Source: Nemertoderma westbladi
Taxonomy: Eukaryota; Animalia; Xenacoelomorpha
DNA: 54,612 nt
NCBI GenBank assembly: GCA_032718475.1
Contig: JAUCBJ010008932.1
Span: 1 to 54,612 of the forward strand
Direction: 5' to 3'
Under the pieces are notes generated by a model that had not been told where the DNA came from, did no database searches, and saw nothing but the letters and a program-made list of their open reading frames with translations. Made by a program: the position numbers and the translations under genes. Each line of letters opens with the position of its first letter. Within the stretch, counting starts at the first letter, position 1. Below are positions 26,001 to 41,000 of this stretch, piece after piece.

Positions 26001-29000
26001 GGGCAGACACAAATAACCACCTAGTGGGACAGACACAAATAACCACCTAGTGGGACAGACATAAATAACCACCTAGTGGGACAGACACAAATAACCACCT
26101 AGTGGAACAGACACAAATAACAATCTAGTGGGACAGACACAAAGACCCACCTAGTGGGACAGACACAAATAACCACCTAGTGGGACAGACACAAATAACC
26201 ACCTAGTGGGACAGACATAAATAACCACCAAGTGGGACAGACATAAATAACCATCTACTGGGACAGACACAAATAACCACCTAGTGGGACAGACACAAAT
26301 AACCACCTAGTGGGACAGACACAAATAACCACCTAGTGGGACAGACACAAATAACCACCTAGTGGGACAGACATAAATAACCACCTAGTGGGACAGATAC
26401 AAAGACCCACCTAGTGGGACAGACACAAATAACAACCTAGTGGGACAGACATAAATAACAACCTAGTGGGACAGACACAAATAACCTCCTAGTGGGACAG
26501 ATACAAAGACCCACCTAGTGGGACAGACATAAATAACAACCTAGTGGGACAGACACAAATAACCACCCAGTGGGACAGACACAAATAACAACCTAGTGGG
26601 ACAGACACAAATAACAACCTAGTGGGACAGATACAAAGACTCACCTAGTGGGACAGACACAAATAACCACCTAGTGGGACAGACACAAATAACCACCTAG
26701 TGGGACAGATACAAAGACTCACCTTGTGGGACAGACATAAATAACCACCTAGTGGGACAGATACAAATAACCACCTAGTGGAACAGACATAAATAACCAC
26801 CTAGTGGGACAGATACAAAGACCCACCTAGTGGGACAGACACAAAGACCCACCTAGTGGGACAGACACAAATAACCACCTAGTGGGACAGACACAAATAA
26901 CCACCTAGTGGAACAGACACAAATAACCACATAGTGGGACAGATACAAATAACAACCTAGTGGGACAGATACAAATAACCACCTAGTGGAACAGACATAA
27001 ATAACCACCTAGTGGGACAGATACAAAGACCCACCTAGTGGGACAGACACAAATAACCACCTAGTGGGACAGACACAAATAACCACCTAGTGGGACAGAC
27101 ACAAATAACCACCTAGTGGAACAGACATAAATAACCACCTAGTGGGACAGATACAAAGACCCACCTAGTGGGACAGACACAAATAACCACCTAGTGGAAC
27201 AGACATAAATAACCACCTAGTGGGACAGATACAAAGACCCACCTAGTGGGACAGACATAAATAACAACCTAGTGGGACAGATACAAAGACCCACCTAGTG
27301 GGACAGACACAAATAACCACCTAGTGGGACAGACACAAATAACCACCTAGTGGGACAGACACAAATAACCACCTAGTGGGACAGACACAAAGACCCACCT
27401 AGTGGGACAGACATAAATAACAACCTAGTGGGACATACATAAATAACCACCTAGTGGGACAGACATAAATAACAACCTAGTGGGACAGATACAAAGACCC
27501 ACCTAGTAGGACAGACATAAATAACAACCTAGTGGGACAGACACAAATAAACACCTAGTGGGACAGACATAAATAACCACCTCGCGGGACAGACACAAAT
27601 AACAACCTAGTGGGACAGATACAAAGACCCACCTAGTGGGACAGACATAAATAACAATCTAGTGGGACAGATACAAAGACCAACCTAGTGGGACAGACAC
27701 AAATAACCACCTAGTGGAACAGACATAAATAACCACCTCGCGGGACAGACACAAATAACAACCTAGTGGGACAGATACAAAGACCCACCTAGTGGGACAG
27801 ACACAAATAACCACCTAGTGGGACAGACATAAATAACCACCTCGCGGGACAGACACAAATAACAACCTAGAGGGACAGATACAAAGACCCACCTAGTGGG
27901 ACAGACACAAATAACCACCTAGTGGAACAGACATAAATAACCACCTAGTGGGACAGATACAAAGACCCACCTAGTAGGACAGACATAAATAACAACCTAG
28001 TGGGACAGACACAAATAACAACCTAGTGGGACAGACACAAAGACCCACCTAGTGGGACAGACATAAATAACCACCTCGCGGGACAGACACAAATAACAAC
28101 CTAGTGGGACAGATACAAAGACCCACCTAGTGGGACAGACACAAATAACCACCTAGTGGAACAGACATAAATAACCACCTAGTGGGACAGATACAAAGAC
28201 CCACCTAGTGGGACAGACATAAATAACAACCTAGTGGGACAGATACAAAGACCCACCTAGTGGGACAGACACAAATAACAACCTAGTGGGACAGATACAA
28301 AGACCCACCTAGTGGGACAGACACAAATAACCACCTAGTGGAACAGACATAAATAACCACCTAGTGGGACAGATACAAATACCCACCTAGTGGGACAGAC
28401 ATAAATAACCACCTAGTGGGACAGACACAAAGACCCACCTAGTGGGACAGACACAAAGACCCACCTAGTGGGACAGACACAAAGACCCACCTAGTGGGAC
28501 AGACATAAATAACCACCTAGTGGGACAGACATAAATAACCACCTAGTGGGACAGACACAAATAACCACCTAGTGGGACAGACATAAATAACAATCTAGTG
28601 GGACAGATACAAAGACCCACCTACTGGGACAGACACAAATAACCATCTTGTGGGACAGACACAAATAACCACCTAGTGGGACAGACACAAAGACCCACCT
28701 AATGGGACAGACACAAAGACCCACCTAGTGGGACAGACATAAATAACCACCTAGTGGGACAGACACAAATAACCACCTAGTGGAACAGACATAAATAACC
28801 ACCTAGTGGGACAGACATAAATAACAATCTAGTGGGACAGATACAAAGACCCACCTAGTGGGACAGACACAAATAACCACCTAGTGGGACAGACATAAAT
28901 AACAACCTAGTGGGACAGACATAAATAACAACCTAGTGGGACAGATACAAAGACCCACCTAGTGGGACAGACACAAATAACCACCTAGTGGGACAGAAAC

Positions 29001-32000
29001 AAATAACCATCTAGTGGGACAGACATAAATAACAACCTAGTGGAACAGACATAAATAACAACCTAGTGGGACAGACATAAATAACAACCTAGTGGGACAG
29101 ATACAAAGACCCACCTAGTAGGCCAGACACACCCAAGGGGGACAGACACACAGACACCACTTAGTAGGACCCCGACCAACCTCATGATGTTTCTTCCCGC
29201 CGACGATCGCTTTAGTGTCTCTCTTTATCGACGTTTGCCGGGGTTGTACCGAATCAGTATGACGACTGTCGCTCCCGTAAGGATAACTAACCGCATCCTC
29301 CAAGTCAGCGTCAAAGTTCGTCTTCCAAACTAAAATCTACTCAGAAATAAATTCGATTATTATCGCAAAGAAACTGAGTTAATAACTATAAAATAATGTA
29401 TTATAAATATCAATATGCGAATATGGTACAAAATCCTACATATTGACATAATCTGGATGAACGCTTGGGTAAGAAAGATAACTTCGGAAGGAACGATAAG
29501 AAGGAACCGTAAAGGACGTCCGAGAAAATCCCTGATCTTCGGAACCAACCCCCCCCCCCCCCCCCCCCCCCCCCAATTCGGAAATCCGAAATTCCAAACA
29601 AAAAAAGACAACTTACTGTCTATAATTACCGTATCATAAACTATAATTACATTATTAATAATTATATTATAATTTAATTATTATAATATTATAATTAGCA
29701 CTGCTGGGTGACCTACTTATGCGTCCGAATATAGGCAATCACTACTACATTTACCCTACATCTATGTACCGGCTCGTCGTGCAAATACTTGCCGTATCAA
29801 ACCTAAACTCTAAATTATTGGTGACTATTGCTTTTATTGCTTATTTGAATTTCCCTCTTGCGTACTGTATTTCGGAATCTAACAGTATTAATTGTGTTGC
29901 GAATCTGGTAACCCGTTTGTTACAGTATAAATTAATAATAATTATCATCATATGGGTCTTTGCCAACCATATTGACCAAGTCACGTACGGGACAAAAAAT
30001 ATACAAAAATGTAAATCATTTGAGAATGAATGGTCGGTTGGCTTTGGTAATTTGATCGACAGATACACTATAATCGGTCGCCTCCTGCCGTGATACACTG
30101 AAACCACAGTTTGTTATAGAAAAAGCTACAACGAATTTAAAAAAAAAAAACGTCATTTACGGGACAAATGTCAAATTTTGTTAATGTGAATACGGGCTCA
30201 TTTTGGCCATTAAAATTACAATTCGGGTGCTAAACGATTAATATCCCCGCTGAGTATAATTCCTGTGAACAAATAAACGATTAATATCCCTGCTGAGTAT
30301 AATTCCTGTGAACAAATAAACGATTAATATCCCTGCTGAGTATAATTCCTGTGAACAAATAAACGATTAATATCCCTGCTGAGTGTAATTCCTGTGAACA
30401 AATAAACGATTAATATCCCTGCTGAGTATAATTCCTGTGAACAAATAAACGATTAATATCCCTGCTGAGTATAATTCCTGTGAACAAATAAACGATTAAT
30501 ATCCCTGCTGAGTATAATTCCTGTGAACAAATAAACGATTAATATCCCTGCTGAGTATAATTCCTGTGAACAAATAAACGATTAATATCACTGCTGAGTA
30601 TAATTCCTGTGAACAAATAAACGATTAATATCCCTGCTGAGTATAATTCCTGTGAACAAATAAACGATTAATATCCCTGCTGAGTGTAATTCCTGTGAAC
30701 AAATAAACGATTAATATCCCTGCTGAGTATAATTCCTGTGAACAAATAAACGATTAATATCCCTGCTGAGTATAATTCCTGTGAACAAATAAACGATTAA
30801 TATCCCTGCTGAGTATAATTCCTGTGAACAAATAAACGATTAATATCCCTGCTGAGTATAATTCCTGTGAACAAATAAACGATTAATATCCCTGCTGAGT
30901 ATAATTCCTGTGAACAAATAAACGATTAATATCCCTGCTGAGTATAATTCCTGTGAACAAATAAACGATTAATATCCCTGCTGAGTATAATTCCTGTGAA
31001 CAAATAAACGATTAATATCCCTGCTGAGTATAATTCCTGTGAACAAATAAACGATTAATATCCCTGCTGAGTATAATTCCTGTGAACAAATAAACGATTA
31101 ATATCCCCGCTGAGTATAATTCCTGTGAACAAATAAACGATTAATATCCCTGCTGAGTATAATTCCTGTGAACAAATAAACGATTAATATCCCTGCTGAG
31201 TATAATTCCTATGAACAAATAAACGATTAATATCCCTGCTGAGTATAATTTCTGTGAACAAATAAACGATTAATATCCCCGCTGAGTATAATTTCTGTGA
31301 ACAAATAAACGATTAATATCCCCGCTGAGTATAATTCCTATGAACAAATAAACGATTAATATCCCTACTGAGTATAATTCCTATGAACAAATAAACGTAG
31401 CTTCGAAGTAAATTGGAGATATCAAAGATACAAAAAAAAATTAATGTGGTCCGATTTTTTGTCATATACGTGACACTCGGTAAATGATTAATTTAATAGC
31501 ATATAAATTATCAAATATGGGCCATTAACCCGATGTGTTGACACTTCCATTCATATTCTTTCATGTGTTTCAATTAGATTGCCAATTTTTGGTGGTTTAG
31601 CAGGTCATATCAATATATTCCGTGAGCGTCTCCAAAATGGTCCAAAAAAGTGGCCCATACTTAACGGAGGATTTTTTTATCAGAAAACGCGAACTCATAA
31701 AGATTTAGATCACCACATCCATTTCTCAGATAGTTTTGCCATGTATGGTTTGTATCAGTGAGACTGCTACGTAAACATTTATTTGGCCAGGTTGAAAAAT
31801 GTCCCATAACGTGACGGATGTCCCATACTTGACATTGTGTTGGGGGCAGAAGTTAATCATGGTCTAAACAATTAATTACTTACATTTAATTAATGGTATA
31901 ACCTGATCCTTCCCCTTAATTGACAACAGACCAAATTAATTTATTACCAAACTAACTATTTATGGAAAGGGTTTTGAGATTGGGACAGTAGTTGAGAGTG

Positions 32001-35000
32001 GGATGGAAGTTGGGAATGGAACTGGAGTTGGCAGTGGGAAGGACGTTGGGAATGGAACAGGAGTTGGCAGAGGGAAGGACGATAAATTGGACTTAAATTC
32101 TAGTACGGAGGAGTTGTTTGAAGAATTTTATGATTTGTTTTTAATTGAAAAATAAATGTCAACAATTATAATAATCGTTTTCTTGTAAATTCCTTTCAAT
32201 ACCATATCAATATGTCCCATAATACATGAATGGCATCAAAAACTGTCAATTTACATTTTAAAATTAATTGTTTGATTTAAAATAACGGTTTTCAGTTGAC
32301 CATATTCAACAGTTAGTTTTGTGTATCACATTGTTATTAACTGGAAGAAAATACTTAGCCCCACATTTCACGGCAAAGTTACCCACAAAGTGAAACTTTA
32401 TGTTGTCACTGGATTAAAAATGTCTTATCCGTGGCAGAATTTTAGATTTTTTTTCTTCGATCTCATATCTCTTGCTGGACACCTCAATACATTTCGGGAT
32501 GTTTCTCTCAATTACGGCCAATAAAAGTTTTGTGACACTTTCTGGTTTCATATACAGAAGTTATCGCTCTTTCTAACCATCAATATGGCGAATTCTCAAA
32601 GTTCATTTCAAAATTCGACAAAATCTAAAAAAAAAATATCACTTAAATTGGTCAATATGGTTGGTATTGACCCATATGTAAAATATAAAAAAAAACCGAT
32701 AAATCGGACATCACTTGGCTACTAGAAGGATCAGTAATACCCCCGTGGGTTGAAGTTATCGGTCCAAGTGTAGGTAATCTTTCATAAAAAACGATTGTTT
32801 TTGAAAAATTTATAGGAGCTTTAGTATGTTCGGGTTATATTTTTCGGATCATAAATTTTGAGATAGACAAAGAGTCACAGTTACCAAATCGGATCTACAA
32901 CATCCAAATGGCCATGTTTTACAAAACCAATAACTCACGATAGTTGTAGCCCTAAAGCTGCTGAACATTTTGGTAAATGTTTGATGAAAATTGAGTAAAA
33001 AATAAAAAAAAGTAGCAGGGAATTTAGTGATGAAAAAGTCAAAATCGACAAACTGATAAAAAGGTTGTTTTATAGAAAGAGTCATGAAAATCAGCCATAA
33101 ATACTGTCAGTTGTTCTTGTTTACAAAAATAATGTGTGCATTTTTGGATTCTGCCATTCCCTGGGGAAATATTTAATCGATGAAGATATTGAAAGTTGTC
33201 AACATTTTGTAAAAAATTTCAACAATATATTAATATAAGGTATTAATTAATTTTCATTTGGGGAAAACAACAACTATTGTTGGTGACTAACCAATAATTG
33301 ATTGATTTCTAGCCAAGATAATAAACAAAACATTATTTCATATCCATATGAGGCCAATTTACGCTGAAGCGGATGTCACTTGGTGTGCAACTATCTGTTA
33401 TGTTGACAACAATTAATATTAACAATGCGTTGGTAATAGAACAGGTCCAATAAATTAATGTATAACAACAATAATGAATGGCACTTGGCTCAGGTAAATA
33501 TAAGTTACTTTCCAACCTACCTGGTCATCGGCACCACCACTCGCAAATAATTCGCCACTTTTGTTGAAGGCGACGGCGGTGGCGTGGCTGGTGTGGCCGT
33601 GGAGTGTGTAGAAGAGCCGTCCTTCTAGAAGGTCGTAGATCTTTAGTGTGGCGTCGTTGGAAGCAGATGCGAGGAAGTTACCGGAAGGATGGAAGGATAA
33701 CGAGTTAACGGCGTTGGAGTGAGCTAGATGGAGGGAGATGGGAGAGTTAGGTAGTGGGAGTGGGTGGATGGAGATGGGAGGGTTAGGTAGTGGGAGTGGG
33801 TGGAGGGGGATGGGAGGGTTAGAGTGCAGTGGATGGAGGGGGATGGGAGGGTTAGAGTGCAGTGGGTGGAGGGGGATGGGAGGGTTAGAGTGCAGTGGGT
33901 GGAGGGGGATGGGAGGGTTAGAGTGCAGTGGATGGAGGGGGATGGGAGGGTTAGAGTGCAGTGGGTGGAGGGGGATGGGAGGGTTAGGTAGTGGGAGTGG
34001 GTGGATGGGAGGGGATGGGAGGGTTAGAGTGCAGTGGGTGGAGGGGGATGGGAGGGTTAGAGTGCAGTGGGTGGAGGGGGATGGGAGGGTTAGAGTGCAG
34101 TGGGTGGAGGGGGATGGGAGGGTTAGAGTGCAGTGGGTGGAGGGGGATGGGAGGGTTAGAGTGCAGTGGATGGAGGGGGATGGGAGGGTTAGAGTGCAGT
34201 GGGTGGAGGGGAGATGGGAGGGTTAGAGTGCAGTGGGTGGAGGGGGATGGGAGGGTTAGAGTGCAGTGGATGGAGGGGGATGGGAGGGTTAGAGTGCAGT
34301 GGGTGGAGGGGGATGGGAGGGTTAGAGTGCAGTGGGTGGAGGGGGATGGGAGGGTTAGAGTGCAGTGGGTGGAGGGGGATGGGAGGGTTAGAGTGCAGTG
34401 GGTGGAGGGGGATGGGAGGGTTAGAGTGCAGTGGATGGAGGGGGATGGGAGGGTTAGAGTGCAGTGGGTGGAGGGGGATGGGAGGGTTAGAGTGCAGTGG
34501 GTGGAGGGGGATGGGAGGGTTAGAGTGCAGTGGGTGGAGGGGGATGGGAGGGTTAGAGTGCAGTGGGTGGAGGGGGATGGGAGGGTTAGAGTGCAGTGGG
34601 ATGGAGGGGGATGGGAGGGTTAGAGTGCAGTGGGTGGAGGGGGATGGGAGGGTTAGAGTGCAGTGGGTGGAGGGGGATGGGAGGGTTAGAGTGCAGTGGA
34701 TGGAGGGGGATGGGAGGGTTAGAGTGCAGTGGGTGGAGGGGAGATGGGAGGGTTAGAGTGCAGTGGGTGGAGGGGGATGGGAGGGTTAGAGTGCAGTGGG
34801 TGGAGGGGGATGGGAGGGTTAGAGTGCAGTGGGTGGAGGGGGATGGGAGGGTTAGAGTGCAGTGGATGGAGGGGGATGGGAGGGTTAGAGTGCAGTGGGT
34901 GGAGGGGGATGGGAGGGTTAGAGTGCAGTGGGTGGAGGGGGATGGGAGGGTTAGAGTGCAGTGGGTGGAGGGGGATGGGAGGGTTAGAGTGCAGTGGGTG

Positions 35001-38000
35001 GAGGGGGATGGGAGGGTTAGAGTGCAGTGGGTGGAGGGGGATGGGAGGGTTAGAGTGCAGTGGGTGGAGGGGGATGGGAGGGTTAGAGTGCAGTGGGTGG
35101 AGGGGGATGGGAGGGTTAGAGTGCAGTGGGTGGAGGGGGATGGGAGGGTTAGAGTGCAGTGGATGGAGGGGGATGGGAGGGTTAGAGTGCAGTGGGTGGA
35201 GGGGGATGGGAGGGTTAGAGTGCAGTGGGTGGAGGGGGATGGGAGGGTTAGAGTGCAGTGGGTGGAGGGGGATGGGAGGGTTAGAGTGCAGTGGGTGGAG
35301 GGGGATGGGAGGGTTAGAGTGCAGTGGGTGGAGGGGGATGGGAGGGTTAGAGTGCAGTGGGTGGAGGGGGATGGGAGGGTTAGAGTGCAGTGGATGGAGG
35401 GGGATGGGAGGGTTAGAGTGCAGTGGGTGGAGGGGGATGGGAGGGTTAGAGTGCAGTGGGTGGAGGGGGATGGGAGGGTTAGAGTGCAGTGGGTGGAGGG
35501 GGATGGGAGGGTTAGAGTGCAGTGGGTGGAGGGGGATGGGAGGGTTAGAGTGCAGTGGGTGGAGGGGGATGGGAGGGTTAGAGTGCAGTGGGTGGAGGGG
35601 GATGGGAGGGTTAGAGTGCAGTGGGTGGAGGGGGATGGGAGGGTTAGAGTGCAGTGGGTGGAGGGGGATGGGAGGGTTAGAGTGCAGTGGGTGGAGGGGG
35701 ATGGGAGGGTTAGAGTGCAGTGGGTGGAGGGGGAGTGGGAGGGTTAGAGTGCAGTGGGTGGAGGGGGATGGGAGGGTTAGAGTGCAGTGGGTGGAGGGGG
35801 ATGGGAGGGTTAGAGTGCAGTGGGTGGAGGGGGATGGGAGGGTTAGAGTGCAGTGGGTGGAGGGGGATGGGAGGGTTAGAGTGCAGTGGGTGGAGGGGGA
35901 TGGGAGGGTTAGAGTGCAGTGGGTGGAGGGGGATGGGAGGGTTAGAGTGCAGTGGGTGGAGGGGGATGGGAGGGTTAGAGTGCAGTGGGTGGAGGGGGAT
36001 GGGAGGGTTAGAGTGCAGTGGGTGGAGGGGGATGGGAGGGTTAGAGTGCAGTGGGTGGAGGGGGATGGGAGGGTTAGAGTGCAGTGGGTGGAGGGGGATG
36101 GGAGGGTTAGAGTGCAGTGGGTGGAGGGGGATGGGAGGGTTAGAGTGCAGTGGGTGGAGGGGGATGGGAGGGTTAGAGTGCAGTGGGTGGAGGGGGATGG
36201 GAGGGTTAGAGTGCAGTGGATGGAGGGGGATGGGAGGGTTAGAGTGCAGTGGGTGGAGGGGGATGGGAGGGTTAGAGTGCAGTGGGTGGAGGGGGATGGG
36301 AGGGTTAGAGTGCAGTGGGTGGAGGGGGATGGGAGGGTTAGAGTGCAGTGGGTGGAGGGGGATGGGAGGGTTAGAGTGCAGTGGGTGGAGGGGGAGTGGG
36401 AGGGTTAGAGTGCAGTGGATGGAGGGGGATGGGAGGGTTAGAGTGCAGTTCATTAGTCCTTTCAACAATTTCATAAATCAGAACACGAATATTAAATATT
36501 ATTGTTATTATACCAAGTCATGATATATTCTGCAGTTAAGTGAAACTCACCCCCTCCAACTGATGCCAAGTTTGAAAGAATTTGTTTCTCGTGACGTGTT
36601 GCTAAATTTATGATTGTCACACTATTAAATTGAACTAATTATCACTCAGAATATATTGTTTACCTTGGTATTGTTGTAGAAGTTTATACATTCTGATGTC
36701 GTATATTTTAACGGAGCTGTCGTTACTGGCCGTAGCGAGACAGGTGCCGGTGGGATGGAAGGCGAGATCATTGACGTAGGAGGAGGGTTCGTGGAACGTG
36801 TGGATACATTCCCGACTGTTACGGTCGAACAAACGGGTCGATTTATCGTCGGAGCCGGATGCGATAATCCGGCCGTCGGGAGAGAATCTGCGAAACAACA
36901 ATTCAATATAAACGACTATGCGTTAGGCTCCAATGTTGTTTAAACGGTGTCCGATAATTCGGGTATAGGAAGAACCGGATTTTATTAGTATTCGGAAACC
37001 GACTGATTTTCGGGGCCGGTATTCAGTAAATAATTTCATTTTTAACAGGATGGGTGCTATTCATAAAATATTTGAGGGAGAGCATGGCCTACTTAAATAT
37101 ATAAGTAGGCCATGGGGAGAGTCAACAAAGTTTGTGACAAACTGTGAAACTGGGGCAGGGTGCCAAATTTCGCTAAAAAGAACCGCGGTGTCATTTATAA
37201 AGTAAGTATACCCCGGATTTCAGCTTATAATCACTTTAAGGGGGGGGGGGGGGGGGGCGTACCTACCCCCTCCTTGGGTAAAGTTTTCACATTTTTGGTT
37301 TTTTATTTCACCTGATGCATAGTGTCAAACATTACTGACCGATTAACAGAATACAGGCAGACAGTCATGTTTGAGCGGGGGGGGGGGGGGGGGGGGGGGG
37401 GTTCAAACTTTAAAGCAAATTATCTCGGAATAACGTTTCACGATATTTCCATTTTTCAAAATCAAAATACTACTCTTCCGCCATTTTTCACCAAAATTCG
37501 ATAATTTAAGGCGAAAGGTTTTTTTAAGATCTTGAAAAATTATCCTGCACTTTTTGAAAATATTTTTTTAATATAATTGAAAATTTTAATAAATTTAATA
37601 AATTTTAATTAATTAATTTTAATTACACTGCGAACACCACATAACTTACAACACGAAGTTAGAGCTGTTTAAAAAAAATCTCCTGAGGGGGTAACCCCAC
37701 CCCCCCCACCCCTCCTTAACTGCACACTGCTAAAAACACACTGGTAAAAACACAGTTCTAAAAACACAGTGCAAAAACACAGTTCTAAAAACACAGTGCT
37801 AAAACCACACTGCTAAAAACACACTGTTACAAACACACTGGTAAAAACGCACTGCTAAAAACACACTGTTACAAACACACTGCTAAACCACACTGCTATA
37901 AACACAGTGCTAAAAACACAGTGCTAAAAACACAGTGCTAAAAACACAGTGCTAAAAACCACACTGCTAAAAACACACTGTTACAAACACACTGATAAAC

Positions 38001-41000
38001 CACACTCCTAAAAACACACTGCAAAAAACACAGTGCTAAAAACACACTGGTAAAAACACACTTCCAAACCACACTCCTAAAAACACACTGCAAAAATACA
38101 GTGCTAAAAACACACTGTTACAAACACACTGGTAAAGACACACTGAAAAAACATTACCAAAAACACAGTGCTAAAAACACGCCAAAAACCACACTGCTAA
38201 AATCACACTGCAAAAAATACAGTGCTAAAAACACAGTTCTAAAAACACAGTGCTAAAACCAAACTGCTAAAAACACACTGGTAAAGATACACTGAAAAAA
38301 CATTACCAAAAACACAGTGCTAAAAACACACTGCTAAAAACACACTGTTACAAACACACTGGTAAAAACGCACTGCTAAAATCACACTGCAAAAAATACA
38401 GTGCTAAAAACACAGTTCTAAAAACACAGTGCTAAAACCACACTGCTAAAAACACACTGGTAAAGATACACTGAAAAAACATTACCAAAACACAGTGCTA
38501 AAAACACACTGCTAAAAACACACTGTTACAAACACACTGCTAAACCACACTGCTAAAAACAAAGTGCTAAAAACACAGTTCTAAAAACACAGTGCTAAAA
38601 CCACACTGCTAAAAACACACTGGTAAAGATACACTGAAAAAACATTACCAAAAACACAGTGCTAAAACCACACTGCTAAAAACACACTGTTACAAACACA
38701 CTGCTAAACCACACTCCTAAAAACACACTGCAAAAAACACAGTGCTAAAAACACACTGGTAAAGACATACGGAAAAAACACTACCAAAAACACAGTGCTA
38801 AAACCACACTGCTAAAAAAATACACTGTTACAAACACACTGTTAAACCACACTCCTAAAAACACACTGCAAAAAACACAGTGCTAAAAACACAGTGCTAA
38901 AAACACACTGGTAAAAACACACTGCCAAAGCACACTCCTAAAAACAACCTGCAAAAACACAGTGCTAAAAACATACTGTTACAAACACACTGCCAAACTA
39001 CACTCCTAAAAACACACTGCAAAAAACACAGTGCTAAAAACACAGTGCTAAAAACACACTGGTAAAAACACACTGCCAAAGCACACTCCTAAAAACAACC
39101 TGCAAAAACACAGTGCTAAAAACACACTGTTACAAACACACTGCTAAACCACACTCCTAACAACACACTGCAAAAAACACAGTGCTAAAAACACACGGGT
39201 AAAGACACACTGCAAAAAACACAGTGCTAAAAACACACTGGTAAAGACATACGGAAAAAACACTACCAAAAACACAGTGCTAAAACCACACTGCTAAAAA
39301 AATACACTGTTACAAACACACTGTTAAACCACACTCCTAAAAACACACTGCAAAAAACACTGCTAAAAACACAGTGCTAAAAACACATTGGTAAAAACAC
39401 ACTGCCAAAGCACACTCCTAAAAACAACCTGCAAAAACACAGTGCTAAAAACACACTGTTACAAACACACTGCTAAACCACACTCCTAAAAACACACTGC
39501 AAAAAACACAGTGCTAAAAACACACGGGTAAAGACACACTGCAAAAAACACAGTGCTAAAAACACACTGGTAAAAACACACTGCCAAACCACACTCCTAA
39601 AAACACACTGCAAAAAACACAGTGCTAAAAACACACTGGTAAAAACACACTGCCAAACCACACTCCTAAAAACACACTGCAAAAAACACAGTGCTAAAAC
39701 CACTCTGGTAAAGACACACTGAAAAAACACTACCAAAAACCCAGTGCTAAAAACACAGTGCTAAAACCACACTGCTAAAAACACACTGTTACAAACACAC
39801 TGCTAAACCACACTCCTAAAAACACACTGCAAAAAAAACAGTGCTAAAAACACACTGGTAAAGACACACTGAAAAAACACTACCAAAGACACAGTGCTAA
39901 AAACACGCCTAAAACACAGTGCTAAAAACACAGTGCTAAAACCACACTGCAAAAAACACACTGCAAAAACACAGTGTTACAAACACACTGGTAAAGACAC
40001 ACTGAAAAAACATTACCAAAAACACAGGGCTAAAAACACACTGGTAAAGACACACTGAAAAAACACTACCAAAGACACAGTGCTAAAAACACGCCTAAAA
40101 CACAGTGCTAAAAACACACTGCTAAAAACACACTGTTACAAACACACTGCTAAACCACACTGCTAAAAACAAAGTGCTAAAAACACAGTTCTAAAAACAC
40201 AGTGCTAAAACCACACTGCTAAAAACACACTGGTAAAGATACACTGAAAAAACATTACCAAAAACACAGTGCTAAAACCACACTGCTAAAAACACACTGT
40301 TACAAACACACTGCTAAACCACACTCCTAAAAACACACTGCAAAAAACACAGTGCTAAAAACACACTGGTAAAGACATACGGAAAAAACACTACCAAAAA
40401 CACAGTGCTAAAACCACACTGCTAAAAAAAATACACTGTTACAAACACACTGCTAAACCACACTCCTAAAAACACACTGCAAAAAACACAGTGCTAAAAA
40501 CACACTGGTAAAGACACACTGAAAAAACACTACCAAAAACACAGTGCTAAAAACACAGTGCTAAAAACACACTGGTAAAAACACACTGCCAAAGCACACT
40601 CCTAAAAACAACCTGCAAAAACACAGTGCTAAAAACATACTGTTACAAACACACTGCCAAACCACACTCCTAAAAACACACTGCAAAAACACACTGTTAC
40701 AAACACACTGCTAAACCACACTCCTAAAAACACACTGCAAAAAACACAGTGCTAAAAACACACGGGTAAAGACACACTGCAAAAAACACAGTGCTAAAAA
40801 CACACTGGTAAAAACACACTGCCAAACCACACTCCTAAAAACACACTGCAAAAAACACAGTGCTAAAAACACACTGGTAAAAACACACTGCCAAACCACA
40901 CTCCTAAAAACACACTGCAAAAAACACAGTGCTAAAACCACACTGGTAAAGACACACTGAAAAAACACTACCAAAAACCCAGTGCTAAAAACACAGTGCT

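Noticed and set aside
13342-31397. CRISPR-like arrays
   Set aside because: Units are head-to-tail with no unique spacers, there are no cas genes, and the context is eukaryotic.
31960-32155. Purine-rich open stretch with a 36-bp duplication as a possible exon
   Set aside because: No convincing start, splice partner or recognisable domain.
33728-36448. GGGTTAG as interstitial telomere
   Set aside because: One partial motif per 33-bp unit, not (TTAGGG)n; better explained as the complement of CTAAC. The degenerate AACCCT run at 50760-50830 is likewise too imperfect.
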